Shown one piece after another: positions 1-9,046 of a DNA stretch of 24,000 bases (its first letter is position 1; each line of letters starts with the position of its first letter). The position numbers were made by a program, and so were the translations under genes. The stretch comes from Candidatus Geothermarchaeum rappei (GTDB lineage: Archaea > Thermoproteota > Nitrososphaeria > Geothermarchaeales > JDFR-13), in assembly GCA_002011085.2 (NCBI GenBank), contig MTMB02000001.1:1559547-1583546 (forward strand). The letters run 5' to 3'. Under the pieces are notes generated by a model that worked only from the letters and a program-made list of their open reading frames with translations, was not told the origin of the DNA and made no database searches.

Positions 1-110
1 CGGGGGTGGCATAATAAAAATATTTATTAACTAAATAAATTACCGTATATTCTACAAAATAAATAAATTATTATATCCATGCTAATTCTGTTTGCTAAAT
101 GCATAGCATA

Positions 111-869
111 TCATGTTTTCCTCTTCTTTTCTTCCTTTTCTATCATTTTTTTAATCGCTTTTGGAGACAATATCTTATATTCTAGATTTAACGATCTGAG
201 TATATCAATTGCCTTTTCATCTATTGAGGGGCCAACGATTATACCTCTAATATCTGGATTATTCTCCCTCAATTCTTTTACATATCTGTAGAGCTGCAAA
301 GCCTCACGCTCTCCAATTCTATGTTTTTTCAATTCAATTACAACGTAGTTTCCATTTTTGTCTCTAGCAAAAATATCTATTTTACCACTCCTAATCTCCT
401 TCTCTTTTATTACAGGCCGCAGTCCCTCTTCAATTATAGTGAGGTTTCTCAGTAGAAGAGACTGCATCTCCTTCTCGGTTAGATACATCGAGAATTCCCC
501 AGCATCAACCAATTTAGCTGTAAGTACCAGATATGTCTTTATTAATTTTATCCGAACCCTTTCTCTCGGCTTATCCCTAATAGCAAACAAATATACACTA
601 TCATTTCTCTTATCCAGTATTACCTCTGTGTTTGACGGTTGCCAATTTACTGGCTTATACCCATTGGGCCTATGAATAAGAACAGCCCTATCTTCTTTAA
701 CTACGATGATCCTGTCACCAGGTTCTAAATAGGATTTCGATCTTCCTTCATAAAATACCTCGCAATTAGCCAGTATCATAATTACCTTCTTCCTCCTAAG
801 CGCTTCGTAAAATACATTCTTAAGAGTATCATACTCTGGATCCAGATATGATACTACATTCCCCTTCAT
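111..869 (-). CDS. nucS: Endonuclease NucS/EndoMS (RecB-like, PD-(D/E)XK)
   Basis: 252-aa ORF; C-terminal nuclease motif GKIDIFARDKNGNYVVIELKK (D...ExK) and the N-terminal beta domain pattern of archaeal NucS. Confidence 0.93.
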   Translation of the reverse strand: MKGNVVSYLDPEYDTLKNVFYEALRRKKVIMILANCEVFYEGRSKSYLEPGDRIIVVKEDRAVLIHRPNGYKPVNWQPSNTEVILDKRNDSVYLFAIRDKPRERVRIKLIKTYLVLTAKLVDAGEFSMYLTEKEMQSLLLRNLTIIEEGLRPVIKEKEIRSGKIDIFARDKNGNYVVIELKKHRIGEREALQLYRYVKELRENNPDIRGIIVGPSIDEKAIDILRSLNLEYKILSPKAIKKMIEKEEKKRKT

Positions 870-976
870 GAGGTTTCACTAAAAATTCTATAATACCCTG
901 GATTGCTAAAAATAATGTGAATTCACTTGGCATTATGCAATAGAATGGAAAAAGAGGATCGTAATCCCTCTAATAG

Positions 977-1049
977 AGCCCCGGGAGGGATTCGAACCCT
1001 CGACCTGCGGCTTACAAGGCCGCCGCTCTAACCGCTGAGCTACCGGGGC
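977..1049 (-). tRNA. tRNA-Thr (TGT), no intron, no encoded CCA
   Basis: Minus strand GCCCCGGTAGCTCAGCGGTTAGAGC...CTTGTAA...GAGGGTTCGAATCCCTCCCGGGGC; 7-bp acceptor GCCCCGG/CCGGGGC; anticodon loop CTTGTAA. Confidence 0.96.
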
Positions 1050-1122
1050 ACCTAAATTCTATCTATTAATCTGTATTATTAAAAAAATGTGGTTTATAAA
1101 TTAAATTTATTAGTGGAGTTGC

Positions 1123-2049
1123 ATGAAGAAGCTCGTTTCTGAGGATGACATAATTTCCCTTTTTAGATTAATGTTTAAAGATAAATCTTTCTTAGACGAC
1201 ATAGGCTTATTTGAATCTGATGACACTAAATTAGCTTTTAATATAGATACCTTTGTAAAAAGCAGCGATGCTCCACCAAGAATGGACTATTATTATATGG
1301 GTTGGAAAGCAGTTATCTCTACTATAAGCGACTTATATGTAAAGGGAGTCTCTCCTATTGGATTACTGATTTCAATCGGTATATCCAATGAGGATATCAG
1401 GGGGCTTAATGCCTTGTCAAAAGGTATTAAAGACGCCTCCAACAAATACAAACTACGTGTAGTAAAATGGGACACCAACTCTTCAAAAGACCTATTTTTA
1501 TCAATAGCCGCCTTCGGATATGCATCTAACAAGATACCGTGGAGGAGGAATCTGAAGGATAACGACATAATCGTAGTAAGCGATTACTTTGGATTAGAAG
1601 GCCTGGGGTTAAAAATAATGCTAGGAAAGATACAAGTCGCCTCTCCTCTATCTAAGAAGGCAATAATGCGTTTTTGTAAGCCGACGCCTGATTTTGGCAA
1701 GTACTTGTATATTGTTAAAAAAGGCGTTAATGCCTCTACCGATTCTAGCGACGGGCTTTCCAGGGCTTTATGGAACTTATCTAGATCCTCTGGCAAGAAG
1801 ATTATCCTTAACAACCTTCCCATACATCCTCTGATACAAAAATCCAGCTTACCTGAGGATATTAAGTATGAGGTTACTCTATATAGTGGCGAAGAGTATA
1901 TTGGCGTTTTTTCAGTACCTGAGGCAATATTGGAGGATGCCATGGACAAGGGCTTTATCGTTGTTGGAAAAGTTGAAGGTAAAGGCGTTGGTGTATACGA
2001 TAGTGATGGAAAGCTTATTCTTGATCGAGGCTGGTCTCACAAGATATAA
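1123..2049 (+). CDS. thiL: Thiamine-monophosphate kinase (ThiL, AIR synthase-related fold)
   Basis: 308-aa ORF with ESDDTKLAFNIDTFVKSSDAPPRMDYYYMGWKAVISTISDLYVKGVSPIGLLISIGI and DSSDGLSRAL, typical of ThiL. Confidence 0.88.
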   Translation: MKKLVSEDDIISLFRLMFKDKSFLDDIGLFESDDTKLAFNIDTFVKSSDAPPRMDYYYMGWKAVISTISDLYVKGVSPIGLLISIGISNEDIRGLNALSKGIKDASNKYKLRVVKWDTNSSKDLFLSIAAFGYASNKIPWRRNLKDNDIIVVSDYFGLEGLGLKIMLGKIQVASPLSKKAIMRFCKPTPDFGKYLYIVKKGVNASTDSSDGLSRALWNLSRSSGKKIILNNLPIHPLIQKSSLPEDIKYEVTLYSGEEYIGVFSVPEAILEDAMDKGFIVVGKVEGKGVGVYDSDGKLILDRGWSHKI

Positions 2050-2060
2050 AATACCTAGTA

Positions 2061-3434
2061 CTACACATATTTCTTTACTATTTTTTTCGCTTCCTCGACT
2101 ATCCTATATGCCTCCTCCTCTGATGGCGCTTCACTAAATATCCTTATAATAGGCTCTGTCCCACTAGGCCTAACTAACAACCATCTATCTATGTCATAAT
2201 ATATCTTAACCCCATCAGTTCTATCAATATCATACGCATCTTTACCCAGCTTTTCCTCTACCTCCGTTAATATCGTATCAATATCTCCTCGGCTAACAAT
2301 CCTAACTTTATCTTTAAGCTGATGTAGCTTAGGCACAATACTCATTATCTCAGACAATGGCCTTTCGTAGAAGGTAACTATATTCATGACAAAAACCGTT
2401 GTTATCCCCCCATCTCTAGTATAGACGTGGGGTCCATATATTATCCCACCGTTTTCTTCAAACCCAAGAATAGAGTCTCTCCTTCTCATTTCCCTAACAA
2501 TGTTTTTCGCTCCTACCCTTGTTCTAATAACCTTTATACCTATGGGCTCAAGTATCATATCTACAAGAGACGATGATGTTACAGGGGTCACTACACTATC
2601 GACCCTATATCCATTATCCTTCAAATATTTAGCTATTACAGTGCCTAATGCGTCTCCCCACCACACATTCCCTCTCTCATCGACAACCAAAGCTCTATCA
2701 CCATCCCCATCGAATCCTACCCCAAAACCCGACTTGGTTTCTACAACCATCTGTCTTAAATCTCTAAGGTTGTCTGGCTTAGGCTCCGAAGGCCTATTTG
2801 GGAACCTGCCATCCAAGTCGTAATTCAAGTTAATGATATCTACTTGTTTCTCCAATTTATTTAGAAATAACGGGATTGTTATCGCAGATACACAGTTCGC
2901 ATAGTCAAACACAATTTTAAATCTATTCTTCTTTGTCTCTGGTATCAAGTGTTCGAAGAGCTTCTCTGCGTAATAAGAAGGAACTTCTTTGTTTTCAAAC
3001 ACTTCCCCAACTAAATCCCACCTTACAATATTAAATTCTTTTTTCTCAAGAACCCTTTGAATCCGGTCCTCAACCTCGATATCCTCCTCTAATCCATCGC
3101 TACCTATCAATTTAATACCATTATATTCTGGGGGATTATGACTTGCAGTTATGATGAGCCCAAAATCATACTTCTTATGATCCTGGATATACTTCTGTAA
3201 TGCAGGAGTTGATACCAGACCCGCTTTCTCAACCTTAACACCAGAAGATAGCAAGCCTCCTATGGCAATTGATACAATCGCATGGCTTGATAGTCTACAG
3301 TCCCATCCAACTATGGCCTTCGACCCCACTCCATAATATGTTCCAATAGCTAGCCCTATCTCTAGGATCCTCTCTGGTGTTAAATCCTCTCCAAAAACTC
3401 CCCTGATCCCAGACGTCCCAAACAACCGTTTCAT
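2061..3434 (-). CDS. glmM: Phosphohexomutase (phosphoglucosamine mutase / phosphomannomutase family)
   Basis: 457-aa ORF; MKRLFGTSGIRG start, phosphoserine loop TASHNPPEYNGIK, metal loop GFDGDGDRA, C-terminal RPSGTEPIIRI. Confidence 0.9.
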   Translation of the reverse strand: MKRLFGTSGIRGVFGEDLTPERILEIGLAIGTYYGVGSKAIVGWDCRLSSHAIVSIAIGGLLSSGVKVEKAGLVSTPALQKYIQDHKKYDFGLIITASHNPPEYNGIKLIGSDGLEEDIEVEDRIQRVLEKKEFNIVRWDLVGEVFENKEVPSYYAEKLFEHLIPETKKNRFKIVFDYANCVSAITIPLFLNKLEKQVDIINLNYDLDGRFPNRPSEPKPDNLRDLRQMVVETKSGFGVGFDGDGDRALVVDERGNVWWGDALGTVIAKYLKDNGYRVDSVVTPVTSSSLVDMILEPIGIKVIRTRVGAKNIVREMRRRDSILGFEENGGIIYGPHVYTRDGGITTVFVMNIVTFYERPLSEIMSIVPKLHQLKDKVRIVSRGDIDTILTEVEEKLGKDAYDIDRTDGVKIYYDIDRWLLVRPSGTEPIIRIFSEAPSEEEAYRIVEEAKKIVKKYV

Positions 3435-3644
3435 AGTATCCCCCTTTGAACTTCCTTTTCAAGAATACCAAAAAATAGAATGCATCCCATTACAAAATTA
3501 AATTATCGCTATTCCTCATTAATGTGAAGACTCATTCTTCACCTTGAGTTATAATTAAATCTAGTTATATCAGTAGGTGACATTTTAATTATAAAATAAC
3601 ACCTTACCTACTACGTTATATGGAATAAAGCTTAATTTTGCTAT

Positions 3645-3719
3645 GGCCCCGTAGCCTAGCCTGGATAGGGCGCCGGCCTTCGGAGCCGGCGGTCCGGGGT
3701 TCAAATCCCCGCGGGGTCA
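3645..3719 (+). tRNA. tRNA-Arg (TCG), no intron; CCA encoded at 3720-3722
   Basis: GGCCCCG acceptor pairs with CGGGGTC; anticodon loop CTTCGGA; T-arm GGGGTTCAAATCCCC; A then CCA. Confidence 0.96.
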
Positions 3720-4012
3720 CCATTATACAGCTAAAAGAAAATGACTAGTAAATACAATATTCTTCTAAATATGTATATCGCCTTATTTACTTTACCCTTA
3801 TTCACCTCTAGACATTCCCAATTTGGTAAGAATAACATTGATTAAAAATATCGAAAATTATCCTCTTGGTGTGGTCGCTTGAAACAATTGGTACATTACA
3901 ATAATAGCGACATATTTTCTCATTTGGAAACATCTCAATCTAACTATAAAAAACCATCCTCATGTCTCTTATCACTAAATTCTATTCTCCTTACCCTTAG
4001 GGGGTGTGCATT

Positions 4013-5932
4013 ATGAATTTCCACATCTCTGGATTCCCGCTGGTTATATCCGTGTTTTTACTAGGATATTCAGCAATAGACTATAACAGGGCAAAAAAGT
4101 ATAATCTTGATATTGCTGGGCCAATATTAGTAGTGCTTTCATGGATATTATTTGTATGGTCCTTTATCGCAGATGATTTTAATTTGCTGGCAGTTTATGG
4201 TTACTCAACAGTTGAAATGCCTTTCTGGCTGAAGATCGCTTCAAGTTGGGCTGGCATGGCTGGATCTTTTGTATTATGGGCGTTTCTAATGGCTTTGATA
4301 ACTTTAATGTACGTGTTCTATGTAGAGAAAAAGCATCTCAATGAAAATAATGTAATCAGGGCATATCTACTAGCTACACTGGTCGTCTCTATATTAGCTG
4401 TGAAAACGGGCGCGTTTGATATGGCAGACGTAAGTTTTAGGCTACCCGCTGGAATGGGTTTAAATCCATTACTTAGGTCATTCTGGATATTGATACATCC
4501 AATTTTCACCTTTTTAGGCTATTCGTTTGGCATCGCACTCGCATTATTCGTCTTATTATCAAATTCCAAAGACTTTTTCTGGGAACGATTAATAGCAAGT
4601 CTAGCATGGCTAAATCTATCTATAGGGATAATTGCGGGAGCGGTCTGGGCTTATGTGGTCCTTGGATGGGGTGGATACTGGGCATGGGACCCAGTTGAGA
4701 CAGCGGAACTTGTTCCTTGGCTTACTCTAACAGCGTATTTTCACTCTCTTCCTTCTACTGGAGATGGTGGGCGTCGTTTAACAGCAGCCCTAACCGGGTT
4801 TTACACGTTTTACTCATCTTTTATGACAAAGGCTGGGGCACAATTTACTGCATCAGTCCATACATTTGAATGGACCCCTTCTGCTGTGACATTAATAATA
4901 ATACATTTCATAGCTGGTGGTTTAATTCTGGCATTATACCTATGGAAACCAGGAAAATTTAACTGGAATGTTAAACTGAATAGTGTTACGAACACCTCCT
5001 TCTCAATAGCGTGGTGGTCGTTATTAGGTCTATCACTTGTATCATTCTTAGGAATTTTCACCCCAATTGTATATTATGTAGTCAAAGGCGGTTTAATTAG
5101 TATTGGAATGGAATATTTCAACATATATAGCTTTCCATTAACCTACCTCTTTCTCATCGCACTAGTTGGATGTGCTTTAAGAGACTGGATCAATGCAAAA
5201 CAATATGTTTCTATCTCCATAAGCATTTTCTTAGCAAGCGTCGTATTTACTGTAGCTAGTTTTCCAACGAATAATTGGATGGCAAACATGCTGGTCCCTA
5301 TTACGACAGCGACACTCCTTGCAACATTATACAGATTATCATCAGATTTTACAAGCAAATATGTTAGGAGTATAACTATCTCTACCCTACACCTTGCAAT
5401 AGCAATAATTCTACTTGGAGTAGCATTAAACTCAACACTATCAACGGGAGCTGTATACAAACTAGAGTTAGGGAAGCCGGTAGACACCCCGTATGGCGTA
5501 TCTGTACAATATGATGGCTTCAATATTAGAATATCAGACTGGAATGTCTTTTACAGTGGCCATCTCATACCAGAAGGAGCATATGGAGACTTCAAATTCA
5601 AAATAACTGATAATGGTAAGACACACAATATTATTCTCCCGGTATGGGTTCCATTTACTTACGGGTGTGGCAGTGAACCAGGAATGATTTCTAAAGGTTT
5701 AGATGACATATATGTCTCAATAGTTCATGCAGATTTCCATAATAGATTAAAGCCAATTATCACAAACAACGCTTTCTATGGTGCTGATGAAGCGGTGGAT
5801 TATATTATCATCGAGGTAAAATACAATCCCCTAATCTGGCTTGTGTGGCTAGGTACAGCCATCCTCATCCTCGGTGAGGCCATGGCCATAGGAACCCTAT
5901 TTGTATCTCGCTGGAGGAGGTCGGTTGTATGA
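4013..5932 (+). CDS. ccmF: Cytochrome c heme lyase subunit CcmF-like (WWD domain)
   Basis: Large polytopic protein with WWD-type motif GWGGYWAWDPVETAELVPWLTLTAYFHS. ATG 4013 follows AGGGGGTG; the track start at 4004 is a GTG. Confidence 0.9.
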   Translation: MNFHISGFPLVISVFLLGYSAIDYNRAKKYNLDIAGPILVVLSWILFVWSFIADDFNLLAVYGYSTVEMPFWLKIASSWAGMAGSFVLWAFLMALITLMYVFYVEKKHLNENNVIRAYLLATLVVSILAVKTGAFDMADVSFRLPAGMGLNPLLRSFWILIHPIFTFLGYSFGIALALFVLLSNSKDFFWERLIASLAWLNLSIGIIAGAVWAYVVLGWGGYWAWDPVETAELVPWLTLTAYFHSLPSTGDGGRRLTAALTGFYTFYSSFMTKAGAQFTASVHTFEWTPSAVTLIIIHFIAGGLILALYLWKPGKFNWNVKLNSVTNTSFSIAWWSLLGLSLVSFLGIFTPIVYYVVKGGLISIGMEYFNIYSFPLTYLFLIALVGCALRDWINAKQYVSISISIFLASVVFTVASFPTNNWMANMLVPITTATLLATLYRLSSDFTSKYVRSITISTLHLAIAIILLGVALNSTLSTGAVYKLELGKPVDTPYGVSVQYDGFNIRISDWNVFYSGHLIPEGAYGDFKFKITDNGKTHNIILPVWVPFTYGCGSEPGMISKGLDDIYVSIVHADFHNRLKPIITNNAFYGADEAVDYIIIEVKYNPLIWLVWLGTAILILGEAMAIGTLFVSRWRRSVV

Positions 5933-6495
5933 GCACAAGAATCAAACCTAAACCTAATCAAATCGGTATGCTTCTAGTAATAATCGTGATTATCGGTAGT
6001 ATAGTGGGAATCATATATTATTTTGGTGAGACCGATCAAAACATGCCTGTACCTCCCCAAGATACAGCGGGACAAACTCAGCAATCAGTAGAAGAAGAGC
6101 GTGCAAGAGTAGTATCTGCTCTGAAAGATTTTTTATCATCTCCTCCTCCAACCGACCCGGCTCTAAACAGGTTTTATAATGTCTTGAACTCTACTACACC
6201 AAGTATAGTTCTCTTATGGCCTTCATCCTGCTCATCATGTTCAAGTTATAAGTCATCAGTATGGGATGTTGTAAAGAAGAAGTTTAATAACGCAACCTTT
6301 ATAGATTTCGACATAGATTCTGCTGAGGGAAGCGGGGTCGCATCAAGATTTAACATATCAGGAATAACTATAATTTTCGCGTATAAAGGCACGATATATG
6401 GCCTATCTTACGGTGATCACATTCCATCTGAATATCTAGAATATATGGTGAGGCTTCTGACCATTCATGTTCAAGGAGGTGGGGAAAGTGCGTAA
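5929..6495 (+). CDS. Membrane-anchored thioredoxin-like protein (CcmG/ResA-like candidate)
   Basis: One N-terminal TM helix, then a thioredoxin-like region with WPSSCSSCSSYKSSVWDVV (CxxC). ATGA overlap with ccmF. Confidence 0.75.
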   Translation: MSTRIKPKPNQIGMLLVIIVIIGSIVGIIYYFGETDQNMPVPPQDTAGQTQQSVEEERARVVSALKDFLSSPPPTDPALNRFYNVLNSTTPSIVLLWPSSCSSCSSYKSSVWDVVKKKFNNATFIDFDIDSAEGSGVASRFNISGITIIFAYKGTIYGLSYGDHIPSEYLEYMVRLLTIHVQGGGESA

Positions 6496-7132
6496 TAAAT
6501 TACTTGTTTTTGGATTACTGACAAATATAGTTGTACATTTCTATATATTCTCATATCTTCCACCTGAGCAAACACTTGGAGAGCTATACAAAATAATATA
6601 TGTACACGTGCCTCCAGCGTGGGTATCTTATGTAGCATTCACAATTTCCTTGATCGCCAGCATTCTATATATTCTTCGGGGTGATGGCAAATACGATTTG
6701 ATTTCCTTTTCGTCAGTTAGCCTTGGTGTGGTATTCTCAGGCTTAGCTATAGTGATTGGAATGATTTTCTCAAATAAAGCGTGGGGAACATATTGGGAAT
6801 GGAGAGAACCCCGGCTTACCGCTACACTAATCCTCTTTCTAGCCTATTTAGGGTATCTCGTTTTAAGAGCATCAATAGAGGATCTTGATAAAAAGAGATC
6901 GGTTTCCTCTGTATATTCTATAATGGCTTTTGTGACCATACCATTAAGTTATGTTTCAACTAAAATTTTCAGGTCAATTCATCCATTACCAGAATTGTCT
7001 CCAGAGATGCGCCTCTTTCTCTATATATCATTTCTAGTGAATTTAGTAATCTTTTCTTCTCTTCTAAGTAACCTGTACACCAAGTTCAAAATTAGGGAAG
7101 AAACGTTGCTAGGAGGTGATGAATATGATTGA
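6488..7132 (+). CDS. ccmC: Heme export/handling protein CcmC (WWD domain)
   Basis: YIIYVHVPPAWVSYVAF and WGTYWEWREPRLTATLILFLAYLGYLVLR motifs; six predicted TM helices. GTG 6488 has an ideal SD (AGGAGGTG 6474-6481); the track start is ATG 6467. Confidence 0.87.
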   Translation: MRNKLLVFGLLTNIVVHFYIFSYLPPEQTLGELYKIIYVHVPPAWVSYVAFTISLIASILYILRGDGKYDLISFSSVSLGVVFSGLAIVIGMIFSNKAWGTYWEWREPRLTATLILFLAYLGYLVLRASIEDLDKKRSVSSVYSIMAFVTIPLSYVSTKIFRSIHPLPELSPEMRLFLYISFLVNLVIFSSLLSNLYTKFKIREETLLGGDEYD

Positions 7133-7235
7133 GGTATATATTTCATATGTAATTTATTGGATCTCTCTGTTTATAGTTGTCGTATATTCGGTTAGTAATT
7201 CAAAGGAAGTGAGAAGTAATGAAGAGGGAATATAA
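7125..7235 (+). CDS. ccmD: CcmD-like small membrane protein (36 aa)
   Basis: MIEVYISYVIYWISLFIVVVYSVSNSKEVRSNEEGI*: one hydrophobic helix then a charged tail, between ccmC and ccmE, preceded by SD AGGAGGTGAT (7111-7120). Overlaps both neighbours. Not in the supplied ORF track. Confidence 0.72.
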   Translation: MIEVYISYVIYWISLFIVVVYSVSNSKEVRSNEEGI

Positions 7236-7605
7236 AGCTCTTATAATTGGTGCTGTAGGAGGGATTATATTACTTCTCCTCGCCCTAACTATTTTAGGGT
7301 CTAACCAGTATCTAACTGTATCCGAGCTATATACAGAAAACGTGAAGAACAAGTATATTGTTGTAATGGGTAAAGTTGTAAACAAAAGTATCTCTTATTC
7401 ACCAGATCAAATTGAGTTTGTCATATATGATGAGAATTCAACCAAACACGAGTCTGTAAAAGTAGTATATGTGGGGGATAAAAACATAGATGTTTATGAT
7501 GGTGCAATAGTCGTGGTTAAGGGTCGTTTTGATGGTGAGACGATTATTGCCACCGAAGTATTGACTAAATGTCCTTCCACATATAAGCCTGCTCCAGTAG
7601 ATTAA
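7219..7605 (+). CDS. ccmE: Periplasmic/extracytoplasmic heme chaperone CcmE, CXXXY type
   Basis: 128 aa: N-terminal TM helix, OB-fold-like core (VMGKVVNKSISYSPDQIEFVIYDENSTKHESVKVVYVG...VVVKGRFDGETIIATEVLTKCPSTYKP). Confidence 0.92.
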   Translation: MKREYKALIIGAVGGIILLLLALTILGSNQYLTVSELYTENVKNKYIVVMGKVVNKSISYSPDQIEFVIYDENSTKHESVKVVYVGDKNIDVYDGAIVVVKGRFDGETIIATEVLTKCPSTYKPAPVD

Positions 7606-7628
7606 GAACTCTAATTAGGGCGTAGATC

Positions 7629-8282
7629 ATGCAATACAGCATTACAGTAAGAAACATATGGAAAATGTTAGGATATAAATGGATTCTCAAAGATGTCTCA
7701 CTAGACATTCCATCAAGTTGCCTTACATACATATATGGATCTAATGGATCGGGGAAATCTACGTTTTTAAAGATATTGGGTGGTCTATGGAAACCAACTA
7801 AGGGCAAGATACATATATTGGGTTATCCGCCTACTTCACCTGTTGCAAAAAAATTAGTGGGTATCGTGGTACATGAGAACATATTGTACGATGAACTTAC
7901 TGTGATAGAGAATATCCAATTTCATTTAGGGTTCTATTCTTCATATAATGAGAGCTGGGTAAAGGAGATACTGGGTCTATTAGGTATTAATAAGGTTATA
8001 AACAAGAAGATCAGAGAACTATCTTTTGGATGGAAACGCCGTATAAATATAGCTAGAGCTTTACTCCACAGTCCTAAGATCCTTATTATTGATGAGCCGC
8101 TAACTGGATTAGATGATGCTGGCCGAGCATCTGTAAAGAGGATCATTCGCTATACCATTAATCGAGGAGGAACTGTCATTGTAGCTTCTCCGGAGATAGA
8201 TAAGGAACTCATAGAGGACATAGACCATGTTTTCTACAAGGTCTCGGGCAAAAAGATCTTCTTACAAGGTGGCTTTTTATGA
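7629..8282 (+). CDS. ccmA: Heme ABC exporter ATP-binding subunit CcmA
   Basis: Walker A GSNGSGKST, signature-like LSFGWKRRINIARALLHSPKILIIDEP (Walker B), located between ccmE and ccmB. Confidence 0.9.
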   Translation: MQYSITVRNIWKMLGYKWILKDVSLDIPSSCLTYIYGSNGSGKSTFLKILGGLWKPTKGKIHILGYPPTSPVAKKLVGIVVHENILYDELTVIENIQFHLGFYSSYNESWVKEILGLLGINKVINKKIRELSFGWKRRINIARALLHSPKILIIDEPLTGLDDAGRASVKRIIRYTINRGGTVIVASPEIDKELIEDIDHVFYKVSGKKIFLQGGFL

Positions 8283-8932
8283 GCTTCCTAAAAAAACTGT
8301 ATCTGTTACTTCAGAAGGACTTTCTTGTAGAGCTAAGAAGATCTTATGAAATAATTTCTATAATTGCTTTCCCAATTGTAGCCACAGTTATATTTAGCAT
8401 TCTAAATCCTCAGGCATCAACAATGAATTCACTAAGTTTCATTCTTATAATTTCGTTGTTAGCAACACTGTTTATAACAACAACTTCATTCATAAGAGAA
8501 TACGAGAAGACAACCATCTATTATTTAAGATCATTACCCTTGACAGCAGCTACTCTCTTCACCGCAAAATATCTATATACATTTTTCATTGTATTACTTG
8601 TAACCCTCGCAACAACTGGCAGTATGGTAATATTTTCAGGTTTTCTGGAAATAAACATCTCTATACTAGCTCTTCTACTGCTGTATACAGCGAATTTAGC
8701 AGCCATTTCCTCATTTGTATCCGCTTTAACAATGTATTCTGAGGGTAAATACGTGTTAATACCACTTATAACAACCGTCTATTCCTTTCCAATCATCTTA
8801 TTATCATCATCCGTTATCAATAAGTTATCTATCTATGAAGAAATTTATTGGGAGCTTTCGATTCTTGGTCTTCATTTAATAGCATTTATGATATTTGCTG
8901 TTTTTCTATCTGAAATAATCATCGAAGAATGA
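8279..8932 (+). CDS. ccmB: Heme ABC exporter membrane subunit CcmB
   Basis: 217-aa polytopic membrane protein; ATGA overlap with ccmA; FLKKLYLLLQKDFLVELRRSYEIISIIAFPI start is typical of CcmB. Confidence 0.85.
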   Translation: MSFLKKLYLLLQKDFLVELRRSYEIISIIAFPIVATVIFSILNPQASTMNSLSFILIISLLATLFITTTSFIREYEKTTIYYLRSLPLTAATLFTAKYLYTFFIVLLVTLATTGSMVIFSGFLEINISILALLLLYTANLAAISSFVSALTMYSEGKYVLIPLITTVYSFPIILLSSSVINKLSIYEEIYWELSILGLHLIAFMIFAVFLSEIIIEE

Positions 8933-9046
8933 TTTACTATAGGCATGTGGTTAGACTTATATAGTAATTATATTTATTAGAAGAAAGCTTTTCTGGAGTG
9001 TTTTTAATTATTGAAGAGCATACTTGTACTGTCTAATATTATGTCC

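Noticed and set aside
1-11. CGGGGGTGGCA at the window edge, resembling a tRNA acceptor 3' end
   Set aside because: Too truncated to verify pairing; needs the upstream sequence.
1293-1949. Antisense ORFs within thiL (91 and 121 aa)
   Set aside because: Shadow ORFs opposite a well-supported gene; no family features.
2500-2823. 107-aa ORF opposite the phosphohexomutase gene
   Set aside because: Antisense shadow of a conserved coding region, including its metal-binding loop.
3740-3850. Possible ~34-aa ORF just downstream of tRNA-Arg
   Set aside because: No ribosome-binding site, no recognisable features, and a short length expected by chance.
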